Positions 38,528 through 47,489 of a DNA stretch of 64,000 nt are shown piece by piece. The notes under the pieces are model-generated. The model was given only the letters and a program-made list of their open reading frames with translations. It was not told the origin of the DNA and ran no database searches. How positions within the stretch are numbered: the stretch's first letter is position 1; every line of letters starts with the position of its first letter. A program made the position numbers and the translations under genes. Source of the stretch: Candidatus Saccharimonadales bacterium (GTDB lineage Bacteria; Patescibacteriota; Saccharimonadia; Saccharimonadales; UBA10212); assembly GCA_035758565.1 (NCBI GenBank), contig DASTXL010000002.1:275118-339117 (forward strand). Direction: 5' to 3'.

Positions 38528-38657
38528 TTCTATAAAATTATATCAAATATGATATCTATGGCAAAGTATTTTTTACTGCAATTTTTGATTTAAATAACTT
38601 GATACAATGGTGTCATGTTATAGCTTACTCTTAAACCCCGGCAAAGTAAAAGTAAGC

Positions 38658-39950
38658 ATGAGGATTTTAGAGATGGACGACAAGACGACCGCGCAGCTGA
38701 TTGCTGCCGAAGAAAACAGAGAGAGGGAAGGGCTAGAGTTAATACCTAGTGAAAACTATGTAAGCCGCGATGTTTTGACGGCTTTGGGCAGTGTTTTCAC
38801 AAACAAATACTCCGAGGGCTATCCGGGCAAACGTTATTACGGGGGGCAAGATTTTACCGACCCGCTAGAAACGCTAGCCATTGAGCGGGCTAAAAAATTG
38901 TTTAACGCCGATCATGCCAACGTTCAGCCACATTCTGGTGCCCCAGCTAACGTGGCTGTCTATTTTGCTTGGTTGGAACCTGGCGACACGGTTTTGGGCA
39001 TGAAGCTTGATCATGGCGGGCACCTAACCCATGGCCACCCGGTTACTACCATGGCCAAGCTTTACAACTTTGTGCGCTATGGAATCAAAGATGTTGAGAC
39101 GGGCGAAATAGACTATAACGAAATGCGCCAGGTTGCCCTGCGCGAAAAACCAAAGATTATCTTAGCCGGCTTCAGCGGCTACCCGCGCAACCTTGACTAT
39201 GCCAAGTTCGCCGAAATCGCCAATGAATGCGGCGCTATGCTCATGGCCGATATGGCCCATATTGCTGGGTTGATTGCTGGCAAAGTTCTACCGAACCCTT
39301 TTGATTACGGTTTCCATGTCATTACCACCACTACGCACAAAACTTTGCGCGGCCCGCGCGGGGGTATGATCTTAACTCGTGGCAAGGTTGGCAACCCGCT
39401 AAGAAAAGTCGAAAAAACTCTGGAGAACCTACCAACATTAATTGACCGCGAAGTCTTTCCTGGTTTTCAGGGGGGTCCGCATATGAACAATACTGCGGCT
39501 AAAGCCGTTGCTTTTGCCGAAGCGCTCAAACCGGAATTCCACAATTATGCCCAAGCCGTTTTAGATAATGCCAAAAAACTAGCCGACGAGATGATGAGCC
39601 GCGGATTCAAACTGGTTACCAACGGCACGGATAATCATTTGATTATGGCTGACGTTAACACCAGCTTTGGGGTCAATGGCCGTGAAGTGCAGGATATTTT
39701 GGACAAAGTTGGTCTAAGCGCTAATTGCAACTCTATTCCGGATGATCCATTGCCTCCATTTAGGCCTAGTGGTCTGCGTTTAGGTACGCCGGCCATGACC
39801 ACCCGCGGCCTTAAGCAAGAGCATATGGGCCAGGTGGCGGAGTGGATGAAGCAAGCAATTCTAAACCGCAGCGACGAAAAGAAACTATTGCAGCTAAAAA
39901 ACGAAGTTAAAGAGTTTAGTTTGCAATTTCCGCTGCCAAGCGACAACTAA
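38658..39950 (+). CDS. glyA: serine hydroxymethyltransferase
   Basis: LIPSENY, TTTTHKTLRGPRGG. Start uncertain (38607, 38658 or 38673). Confidence 0.9.
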   Translation: MRILEMDDKTTAQLIAAEENREREGLELIPSENYVSRDVLTALGSVFTNKYSEGYPGKRYYGGQDFTDPLETLAIERAKKLFNADHANVQPHSGAPANVAVYFAWLEPGDTVLGMKLDHGGHLTHGHPVTTMAKLYNFVRYGIKDVETGEIDYNEMRQVALREKPKIILAGFSGYPRNLDYAKFAEIANECGAMLMADMAHIAGLIAGKVLPNPFDYGFHVITTTTHKTLRGPRGGMILTRGKVGNPLRKVEKTLENLPTLIDREVFPGFQGGPHMNNTAAKAVAFAEALKPEFHNYAQAVLDNAKKLADEMMSRGFKLVTNGTDNHLIMADVNTSFGVNGREVQDILDKVGLSANCNSIPDDPLPPFRPSGLRLGTPAMTTRGLKQEHMGQVAEWMKQAILNRSDEKKLLQLKNEVKEFSLQFPLPSDN

Positions 39951-39953
39951 TTG

Positions 39954-40469
39954 TTAGCTGTCCGAAAATACAGATATATCAGGTTGCCTGAACAAGTAAG
40001 TTAGCCCTACTTTTCCTAAAACGTTATTGAAGTCTCTGGTGGATCCATTCTCGTAGCCTAAGTACAGAGCTTGGCCGATGGTTTGCCACTGTGCTGTGTC
40101 TAGCGAATCTACTACCGCTTCTAAATCTTCATCAAAGAGAGCGCGCTCCTTATTAAAACTAAGTACATCTTCAGCCAAAACGGAGTTGATAATATCTATT
40201 CTGGCTTTGATCTCTTCGGCATGAAAAACATCAAGCGTATCTGCTTTTGATGAGCCGGAAGCATCAAGCTCGCACACAAGCGAAATAAGATTAAAAAAAT
40301 CAATCGAAGATATCATTCTGGCAACGTCAAAACGCGCCAAATTAGCGGCCGATGGGTTTAGTACAAATTTTTCGACCTCAGCGGTCAGTCGATCGCGCGC
40401 TGAATCAAGAGTTTCGATTTGGCGGTCGATCATCGTTCCGCCCTGAAACTCGCCTTCGTTTATTGCCAT
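39954..40469 (-). CDS. hypothetical protein
   Basis: 171 aa, acidic, helical. Confidence 0.4.
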   Translation of the reverse strand: MAINEGEFQGGTMIDRQIETLDSARDRLTAEVEKFVLNPSAANLARFDVARMISSIDFFNLISLVCELDASGSSKADTLDVFHAEEIKARIDIINSVLAEDVLSFNKERALFDEDLEAVVDSLDTAQWQTIGQALYLGYENGSTRDFNNVLGKVGLTYLFRQPDISVFSDS

Positions 40470-40511
40470 TCAAAAAGAATAATTTTATAACAATGTTTTT
40501 GTCAAAGGTAA

Positions 40512-41540
40512 TTAAGGCAACAGTTCCGGCTCTTGCTCAAGAATAATGTCGAACATCTGCTCGACTTTATCAACAATTTTAGACTTAAATTTCAGCAGAT
40601 CAGCAGTTGATTTAGCGTGCTCATTTATTAGAACTAAAGCCTGTTTTTCGCTAGTAGCCATGCCCGTTTGCTCGTCGTGGTAACCACGGAAGCCAGCTCG
40701 TTCTACCAGCCAGCCAGCAGCTATTTTTACTCTGCCGTCGCTAGCTGGCCAGCCCTTAATTTCAGGATAATTTTCTTTGAGTCTTTCAAATTGATCAGCG
40801 CCAATTATGGGATTGGTGAAAAAAGAGCCGTTGTTGGCCACTATTGCCGGATCGGGCAACTTGGCTGAGCGAACGGCTATAACAGCATTGCGGATGATTT
40901 CTGGCGTGTAGTTTTGAACCCGATTTTGATCTAGGTAGGCTTGCAAGACTTCATAAAAGGGTGGGCGGGGGTTGGACTTTTTTAACTTCATGACTACGCT
41001 GGTAATAACAAAGCGACCGCGGTCGGTCGTCTTAAAACGACTTGTCCTGTAGCCAAAGCCGCAGTTCTTTCCAGAAATTGACCCAAAGCTACCTAATTTT
41101 TTATCGTACGCCGCCACCTCAACTAAAGTGTCTGCGATTTCGGCGCCGTAAGCACCAATGTTTTGTATCGGACCGGCACCAACACTGCCCGGAATTAAAG
41201 ACAAAAATTCAAGGCCCGACAGTTTTTGATCTACGGTCCAGGCGACTACTTCATCCCAGACCTCGCCGGCGCCCACGCGAACAGTTGCACTATTTTCATC
41301 CTCATGCAAAACTTCTTTACCCATGATTTTATTAACAATAATCAGCCCTGGGTAGCCTTCGTCACGCCAGACAATGTTGCTGCCGCCGCCAATCATAAGG
41401 CAGTCCAGACCTTGGGCCTGGGCCCAATTCACCATTTCGACCACTTCGCGCTGGGAAGCAGCCTCAGCCAAATAGCGTGCCTTGCCGCCAAGACGCATAG
41501 TGCTATAACTAGCCAAGCTTACGTTCTCAAGAATATTCAC
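40512..41540 (-). CDS. murB: UDP-N-acetylenolpyruvoylglucosamine reductase
   Basis: FAD-binding N-terminus (YSTMRLGG.A, GGGSN) and MurB C-terminus. Confidence 0.85.
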   Translation of the reverse strand: MNILENVSLASYSTMRLGGKARYLAEAASQREVVEMVNWAQAQGLDCLMIGGGSNIVWRDEGYPGLIIVNKIMGKEVLHEDENSATVRVGAGEVWDEVVAWTVDQKLSGLEFLSLIPGSVGAGPIQNIGAYGAEIADTLVEVAAYDKKLGSFGSISGKNCGFGYRTSRFKTTDRGRFVITSVVMKLKKSNPRPPFYEVLQAYLDQNRVQNYTPEIIRNAVIAVRSAKLPDPAIVANNGSFFTNPIIGADQFERLKENYPEIKGWPASDGRVKIAAGWLVERAGFRGYHDEQTGMATSEKQALVLINEHAKSTADLLKFKSKIVDKVEQMFDIILEQEPELLP

Positions 41541-41592
41541 TAATCTAATTATACTTCGCTATAGCAAATTGTGGGTGCTACAATGGTTCTAT

Positions 41593-42135
41593 ATGAGTAA
41601 TACCGACTCAAAGGGAGAATACAAGCTGTTAGGTCAGCAGCTAAAGGCCTTGCGTTCACGAGTTAACGAAAGCTTGGCCGAAGCCAGTGGCGCCGTAGAA
41701 ATTGACGCCCGAGAACTTGCCAGTTTTGAGCTGGGCGAGAAATGCCCGAGTGAAGATGTTTTGCTGCTTTTGATAAGTCACTTTGGCGCTCAAGATGACG
41801 AGGCTGTTAAGTTGTGGGAGATGGCCGGTTACGGATCAAGTAAGGTGCCTGTAGTCCAGATGCGAAACGAGCCCACTATCCAGCCGGTTCAAAACCAAGA
41901 AAACCGTGTATTATTTACCGATGTAGTTGATGTGGTAGTTAATAACTACGGCGTGGTTATGAATTTCCTGCAAGGCGGGAATCCTAATAGCGGACCGGTA
42001 ACTGTAGCTAGAGTTGGCATGAGTCGTGAACACGCCAAAAGTGTTTTAGAAGTGTTATCTGCGACTTTATCGCAAGTAGAGAAACAAAATCAGCTGCATA
42101 AAAAACAAATAACCGATCAGAATAAGACAGTTTAG
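41593..42135 (+). CDS. HTH (XRE-like) protein with a DUF3467-like C-terminus
   Basis: ATG at 41593. N-terminal HTH-like region; C-terminal VARVGMSREHAKSVLEVL. Confidence 0.5.
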   Translation: MSNTDSKGEYKLLGQQLKALRSRVNESLAEASGAVEIDARELASFELGEKCPSEDVLLLLISHFGAQDDEAVKLWEMAGYGSSKVPVVQMRNEPTIQPVQNQENRVLFTDVVDVVVNNYGVVMNFLQGGNPNSGPVTVARVGMSREHAKSVLEVLSATLSQVEKQNQLHKKQITDQNKTV

Positions 42136-42146
42136 CGTACACTTGG

Positions 42147-42161
42147 TATAATTACCCCTGT
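42147..42161 (+). promoter_or_regulatory. stable-RNA promoter motif TATAATTACCCCTGT (tRNA-Arg UCG)
   Basis: Identical to 33214-33228; lies 16 nt upstream of the tRNA. Confidence 0.5.
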
Positions 42162-42176
42162 CCCTGCCTGATTTCT

Positions 42177-42253
42177 GCCCGCGTAGCTCAGTGGATTAGA
42201 GCATCTGTCTTCGGAACAGAGGGTCGGCGGTTCGAATCCGTCCGCGGGTACCA
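42177..42253 (+). tRNA. tRNA-Arg(UCG)
   Basis: 77-nt cloverleaf, loop CTTCGGA, encoded CCA. Confidence 0.9.
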
Positions 42254-42432
42254 AAATAAAACCTCCAGCTTGTCTGGGTTTTTGTTTTGGTAATTCTGCC
42301 CGGCAGAATTGAACCGCCGAGGCGGTGCGGCGTAGTGAAAATCGCGCGCAAGAATTTATTCTGAGCACGATTGAACGAAGAAGTGCTTGCTCAGAGAGCA
42401 AGTGTGCGATATCCGTCCGCGGGTACCAAAAT
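42254..42432 (+). repeat. tRNA-trailing module behind tRNA-Arg(UCG), ending in a 22-nt repeat of its 3' end
   Basis: atccgtccgcgggtaccaaaat at 42236-42257 and 42411-42432; internal ggcggtgcg T-arm half at 42321-42329. Confidence 0.8.
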
Positions 42433-42437
42433 CACTT

Positions 42438-43004
42438 ATGAATATTGTAGACAGCGAAGATAAGATATCCCAACTTATTGAAGCCGACGATTGGATGATG
42501 AAGGTCTTAAACGCCGCATCCACACTTAATTTGCCGGACTGGTGGATTGGCGCGGGTTTTTTGCGGAACAAGATCTGGAATTTTATGGAAGGTAAAAGTC
42601 CAGAGCCATCGCGCGATGTAGACCTGGTTTATTTTGATAGCAAAAACAAAACAGAAGAGGCAGACTGGAATTATGATGCTAAAATGTCGCTTCTGTATCC
42701 CTTTGCGGAATGGGAGGTTCGCAACCAGGCCAGGATGCACTATGTGAATAATTTCGAGCCTTTTATGTCTACATCTGACGGAATTGCGCACTGGGTAGAA
42801 ACAGCGACTTGCATAGGGGTGCGTCTGACTGGTAAAAGACTTGAATACTTATTTTGCTATGGCACCGCCGATCTGTTCGGGCTAGTAGCCAGACCAACAC
42901 CTTACTTTAGTGCAGACAAAGAACTTCTCAAAAAATTCTTTTATCGCATAGACGAGAAAAATTGGAAAAACAAGTGGCCTCACCTGCGCATTGAGACTCA
43001 CTGA
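42438..43004 (+). CDS. nucleotidyltransferase family protein (PF06042-like)
   Basis: WWIGAGFLRNKIWN...RDVDLVYFD. ATG at 42438; the ORF-track start lies inside the repeat. Confidence 0.5.
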   Translation: MNIVDSEDKISQLIEADDWMMKVLNAASTLNLPDWWIGAGFLRNKIWNFMEGKSPEPSRDVDLVYFDSKNKTEEADWNYDAKMSLLYPFAEWEVRNQARMHYVNNFEPFMSTSDGIAHWVETATCIGVRLTGKRLEYLFCYGTADLFGLVARPTPYFSADKELLKKFFYRIDEKNWKNKWPHLRIETH

Positions 43005-43726
43005 GATTCGCCGCGAGCCTGTCCATCGCCTTTTAGCCAATCAAGACCAGAAAGCATTTTGCCGTAAATATCGTGCGTGAAGTCAAGGTTTAATAAAGAT
43101 AGTTCGTCAACCGATGGGTCATTGTCTACAAAATCAACAAATGGAATATCAGAAATTACGGCAATAGGAGTTTGTTCGGCGCCTTCTCCCATTACGACTA
43201 CCGCCGCAGCTGCCAACCCCTCAACCACACTAGCCCGTACATCGGTTTTGTTCTTTTTGGTGGCCAAAAAACCGCTATGGGCAATAGAAATTCCGCGCAC
43301 ACCGCGCATCAGCGGCGCGGTTGTGCTGTCGGTCAAAATAACTCCTATATTCTTGTGGCCACTTTTTTTACGGATAAATTCCCGGATTTCATTTGCTGTT
43401 TTTTGCGGATCCTTTGGCCACAAAATATAACTTTGGCTAAAGTCGGACTTATCGATACCGGCTTTTGGAATCAAAATGTTACGGGTGATTGTAAGTTTAT
43501 GGGCCGCAGTTTCAAAAGGCAGATAATAATCAGATTCTCTTTTGATCAATTCAGATAAAGAAGTATCTTTAAATGGCACGAGTCGGTTTTCGCAGATCGA
43601 TACTACCTTAGAAGTTATGGCGATTATCGAACGGTCGGTAACCTCCGGAAAAAATTTATCTAGAACCTCAAGAATGCTTAGGGTCTTAGGCCTGATGCGG
43701 TCGGTTTTGATAGCGGTAACTTTCAT
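42998..43726 (-). CDS. F420-0:gamma-glutamyl ligase (CofE)-like protein
   Basis: AITSKVVS, GIDKSD, ILTDS motifs. Confidence 0.55.
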   Translation of the reverse strand: MKVTAIKTDRIRPKTLSILEVLDKFFPEVTDRSIIAITSKVVSICENRLVPFKDTSLSELIKRESDYYLPFETAAHKLTITRNILIPKAGIDKSDFSQSYILWPKDPQKTANEIREFIRKKSGHKNIGVILTDSTTAPLMRGVRGISIAHSGFLATKKNKTDVRASVVEGLAAAAVVVMGEGAEQTPIAVISDIPFVDFVDNDPSVDELSLLNLDFTHDIYGKMLSGLDWLKGDGQARGESQ

Positions 43727-44202
43727 TTGCTACTCTCGGTTATTACTAGATCAAGCTTAATATCATGCGGCTCATTAGGAATTTTTGCAACTCTGCCGGC
43801 CTCGAAGGACAAGCCGACTTTTAGCGCCTCGTTCTGCTTTGCCAGAAACTGGTCGTAAAAGCCGCCGCCCCAACCTAGCCGAAAGCCACGGTTATCAAAA
43901 GCCAGTGTCGGTACGATTATTAGATCATATTGCCTCGAGTTTTGGTATGGTAATTTCCGAGACTTATTTTGAATAATCACGTCAACTTGAGGCCAACCTA
44001 TTTTTAAAAAATCAAGCAACGGCCGAGTGTCTACCTCGTTAAGGTGGTTGATTGGTTGATAGCAATGCAGGCTTTCAATATTGTTCCAATCGACCAGCTT
44101 AATTAATGAATCGATTATGATCTCGCTTTTCTTGAGCACTTCGGCCTCCGGCATCCGAAGGCGAATGCCGCGCATCCTCTGTCGCAAGCTTTCTTTATCC
44201 AC
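43723..44202 (-). CDS. 5-formyltetrahydrofolate cyclo-ligase
   Basis: GWGGGFYDQFL motif. Confidence 0.75.
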   Translation of the reverse strand: MDKESLRQRMRGIRLRMPEAEVLKKSEIIIDSLIKLVDWNNIESLHCYQPINHLNEVDTRPLLDFLKIGWPQVDVIIQNKSRKLPYQNSRQYDLIIVPTLAFDNRGFRLGWGGGFYDQFLAKQNEALKVGLSFEAGRVAKIPNEPHDIKLDLVITESSK

Positions 44203-44296
44203 TGTGAAATTATATGTTCTTTGCTCGTTAAATTCCTAACGGACAAAAATATTTAAGACGCAGATACTTAGCGAGGTAAGCCTTAAGGAGACGACA

Positions 44297-44665
44297 ATGC
44301 ACGATAGAGAAGAAGAGGCTCGCAGCTCGATTCAATCGATGGCGTTGGTAAACCTAGTGCTAGGAGTCTGGTTAGCTATTTCGCCTTGGATTCTAAATTA
44401 TTCAACAAGCGTTTGGAATCAGGTAATTTTTGGAATAGCGGTAGTAGTGCTTTCGCTAGTCCGACTGCTTGCTCCCGCTCGGCAGTGGTCTAGTTTCTTT
44501 AGTGGACTGTGCGGAGTTTGGTTGATAATTGCGCCATTTATTGTTGGCTATCACGAAGCGGCGGCTTACTGGAATGGAATTGTTGCCGGCATAATAGTGG
44601 CTTGGCTGGGTTTCATCAATAACACAATGTATGTCAGTCAAAGGCATCACCACGGTACAGCCTAA
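44297..44665 (+). CDS. SPW-repeat membrane protein
   Basis: AISPWILNY and IAPFIVGY repeats, 4 TM. Confidence 0.55.
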   Translation: MHDREEEARSSIQSMALVNLVLGVWLAISPWILNYSTSVWNQVIFGIAVVVLSLVRLLAPARQWSSFFSGLCGVWLIIAPFIVGYHEAAAYWNGIVAGIIVAWLGFINNTMYVSQRHHHGTA

Positions 44666-44706
44666 ATGCTGCAGCTAAATAAGGCTCATTAAAGAGCCTT
44701 ATTTTA

Positions 44707-44744
44707 TTTACAAAAACAGGGGTGCATGTTAATATTTCACCTGT
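44707..44744 (+). promoter_or_regulatory. promoter upstream of the leader and tRNA-Lys(CUU)
   Basis: TTTACA, 17 nt, TAATAT, then ttcaCCTGT. Confidence 0.5.
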
Positions 44745-44751
44745 CCTAAAT

Positions 44752-44866
44752 AAAAATTTGCGAGACAAGTAATTGTCTTGCTCGCAATTTTTAAGAGGAG
44801 CAACCTAGCCTAAAAACGAAGCTTTTGTCTATAGACAAAACGAGTTATAGGCGCAGGTTGCGACGA
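44752..44866 (+). repeat. structured tRNA 5' leader element, copy 7
   Basis: Hairpin with agacaagtaattgtcttgct apex, AGAGGAGCA, GCCT, CGAAGC-hairpin-CGAG, AGGCGCAGGTTGCGACGA. Confidence 0.75.
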
Positions 44867-44943
44867 GGGCCATTAGCTCAGTTGGTTAGAGCAGCGGCCT
44901 CTTAAGCCGCGTGTCCGGGGTTCGAGTCCCCGATGGCCCTCCA
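44867..44943 (+). tRNA. tRNA-Lys(CUU)
   Basis: 77-nt cloverleaf, loop CTCTTAA, encoded CCA. Confidence 0.9.
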
Positions 44944-45132
44944 AAAATAGAGCCGCACTTTAGGTGCGGTTTTGTTTTTGGAACGCTTAATCGAGCAAGC
45001 CAACTGCTTGGCTTGCGTGGGGCTCGAACAGGCGCAGCGATGTCGAACAATTCAGCGAGACCGCGAGCCGGGCCCGCGAGCGAAAAGCAAAGCTTTTCGA
45101 CTTGTGGGTCGAAGTCCCCGATGGCCCTCCAA
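44944..45132 (+). repeat. tRNA-trailing module behind tRNA-Lys(CUU), ending in a 20-nt repeat of its 3' end
   Basis: agtccccgatggccctccaa at 44925-44944 and 45113-45132; extra T-arm half GGGGCTCGAA at 45019-45028. Confidence 0.8.
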
Positions 45133-45280
45133 GCATAAGCGCTATAAAGGTGCTTAGAATTCCAGACCTTTCAAGTTAAGCCGAATACATTTGTTGCAAT
45201 AGCCTCCACTATGTCCCTCCAGCTTGGTTTATGCTGAAACTTCTCTACTGCGAGGAGTTTTTTATTGCTATTCTTTGACT

Positions 45281-45859
45281 ATGGAAACTTTTAAAGACTT
45301 ACCTGTTTTACATTTTGCTTCACAACAAGACTGGCGTGCGTGGCTTGAACACAACCACGGTCAACCGCAAGGCGTATGGCTCAAGCACGCTAAGAAATCA
45401 TCTGGCAAGGAATCTGTAAGCTACCAAGAAGCCCTTACTGAAGCGCTGTGCTACGGATGGATAGACAGTCAAAAGCAAGCGTACGATAAAGATTTCTTCT
45501 TGCAGAAATTTAGTCCCAGGAGACCAAAGAGTATATGGTCAAAGGTTAACGTAGCTAAAGCAAAAGAACTCATAAGTTCAGGCAGGATGCAGTCGGCTGG
45601 CTTGGCGGTGGTTGATGTTGCAAAACATGATGGCAGGTGGGACGGGGCCTATAATTCTCCTAGCGCGAGTTTGGTGCCGGAAGATTTTCAGGCTGCGTTA
45701 GACAAAAATCCTAAAGCCAAGCAATTTTTTGAAACGTTGAATAAAACGAATGTTTATGCATTCTGCTGGCGAGTCCAGACTGCCAAGAAGCCGGAAACCA
45801 GAATGGCAAGGATAGAAAAATTTATAGACATGCTGAATCGTGGCGAAAAACTTCACTAA
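45281..45859 (+). CDS. YdeI/OmpD-associated family protein
   Basis: ALCYGWIDS, RRPKSIWS motifs; start at METFKD. Confidence 0.7.
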   Translation: METFKDLPVLHFASQQDWRAWLEHNHGQPQGVWLKHAKKSSGKESVSYQEALTEALCYGWIDSQKQAYDKDFFLQKFSPRRPKSIWSKVNVAKAKELISSGRMQSAGLAVVDVAKHDGRWDGAYNSPSASLVPEDFQAALDKNPKAKQFFETLNKTNVYAFCWRVQTAKKPETRMARIEKFIDMLNRGEKLH

Positions 45860-45900
45860 CTAGCAAACGATAAGGTGCGATAAGGTGATAGTATAGAGGA

Positions 45901-46698
45901 GTGAAAATTCTAAATGGCTCCGAACTAGCCGGATTTATTAAAGAGCGACATGCTCACCAAGTCCGCTCTCTGCGGGCTAACAAAGTATTCCCAAAGCTAG
46001 CAATTGTTCAGGCCAAAGACGACCCGGTAATTAACACTTACGTTCGGCTAAAAAAACGCTACGGCGCCGATATCGGCATAGAGGTAGAAGACTTTAAGGT
46101 CGCCCAGGCCGAAGCGCCTGATCTGATCAGAAAACTGAATAACGATGAGAGCGTACACGGCATAATTGTTCAGTTGCCTTTAAGCGACCCCTCTCAAACC
46201 GATGAACTAGTCAACCTGGTAGCTCCCGGCAAGGACGTCGACGCTCTCGGCAAAAACTCGCATTTCGATCCAGCTACTCCCATGGCCATAATGTGGCTTT
46301 TGGCCGGATATAACATAGAACTTCGCGGCAAAAAGATTTTGCTCATTGGCCGCGGCAAACTAGTCGGTGCGCCACTTGAAGTCATGCTAAAGAAGTCCGG
46401 CTTTGATGTGAAAGTTATAGATCGAGAAGTCGCGAATCTCAAAGCCCGCACCACTGATGCCGATGTAATTATCACGGCCACCGGTAGTCCGGCCATTTTA
46501 TACCCCGACATGATTAAACACCGCGCTATAGTCGTTGATGCCGGCGTTGCCAGCGAAGACGGCAAAACGGTTGGCGATCTGGCACCCGAAGTTTATGAGA
46601 GGAATGATTTAACGGTGACGCCAACTAGGGGCGGCGTAGGTCCATTAACGGTTTGCGCGTTGTTTGAAAACGTTATCCGGGCTGCTTTAAAGAGGTAA
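45901..46698 (+). CDS. folD: bifunctional methylenetetrahydrofolate dehydrogenase/cyclohydrolase
   Basis: YVRLKKR, GIIVQLPL, TPTRGGVGPLT. Confidence 0.9.
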   Translation: MKILNGSELAGFIKERHAHQVRSLRANKVFPKLAIVQAKDDPVINTYVRLKKRYGADIGIEVEDFKVAQAEAPDLIRKLNNDESVHGIIVQLPLSDPSQTDELVNLVAPGKDVDALGKNSHFDPATPMAIMWLLAGYNIELRGKKILLIGRGKLVGAPLEVMLKKSGFDVKVIDREVANLKARTTDADVIITATGSPAILYPDMIKHRAIVVDAGVASEDGKTVGDLAPEVYERNDLTVTPTRGGVGPLTVCALFENVIRAALKR

Positions 46699-46700
46699 TC

Positions 46701-47345
46701 GTGAAAGTCGGAGTTTTTGATAGCGGAGCTGGCGGTCGCCACGTTGCCGATAGTATTAAAAAAGCCATGCCAGAGCTAGAGGTGGTATACAAGGAAGATC
46801 GCGACCACGTGCCCTACGGTGTCAGATCTATAGAAGAAATCCATGGCTTTGTAAAGCCTATCTTCCAAGAATTTGTCGGCGAAGGTTGCCGAGTGGTTGT
46901 AGTGGCCTGCAACACCGTTACCACCAACCTCATCCAAGAGCTAAGAGAAGAGTTCAAGGTGCCCCTGGTTGGCGTGGAACCGATGATTAAACCAGCTGCT
47001 ACCGCCACCAAAACAGGTGTTATTTGCGTTTGCGCTACGCCTCGCACGCTGCAAAGCGCGCGCTATCAGGAACTTAAGGTACTATACGCCCAAGGTATAG
47101 AAGTCCTGGAGCCTGATTGCGGCGACTGGGCTCTAATGGTCGAAACCAATCAGGTCGACAGAAACCACATTAAAACTATTATTGATGACGCTTGTGCTAA
47201 GGGAGCTGACCAGATAGTATTGGGTTGTACCCACTATCACTGGATAGAGGAGATGATTAATCAGCTGTCAGCCGGAAGGGCAGAGGTGATTCAGCCGGAA
47301 CCAGCGGTCATAAGGCAACTGGCGAGAGTTATTTCAACACTATGA
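46701..47345 (+). CDS. murI: glutamate racemase (short form)
   Basis: VFDSGAGG, VVACNT, LGCTHY. Confidence 0.8.
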   Translation: MKVGVFDSGAGGRHVADSIKKAMPELEVVYKEDRDHVPYGVRSIEEIHGFVKPIFQEFVGEGCRVVVVACNTVTTNLIQELREEFKVPLVGVEPMIKPAATATKTGVICVCATPRTLQSARYQELKVLYAQGIEVLEPDCGDWALMVETNQVDRNHIKTIIDDACAKGADQIVLGCTHYHWIEEMINQLSAGRAEVIQPEPAVIRQLARVISTL

Positions 47346-47489
47346 GAACCGATTTTAAATATAAAGACATAGGTCAGCATGGCCACTCCTATAAGCAAGA
47401 GGTAAGTGACACTAATTTTGCCCCAAAACTAAAGCTGCCCAAAACTAAACCAGCTAACAGATTCCATAAAAAACGTACTATAAAAAGCA

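Noticed and set aside
42132-42571. ORFs 42132-42401(-) and 42356-42571(-), and the long N-terminus of ORF 42387-43004
   Set aside because: They overlap tRNA-Arg(UCG) and its trailing module. The nucleotidyltransferase-like protein begins plausibly at the ATG at 42438.
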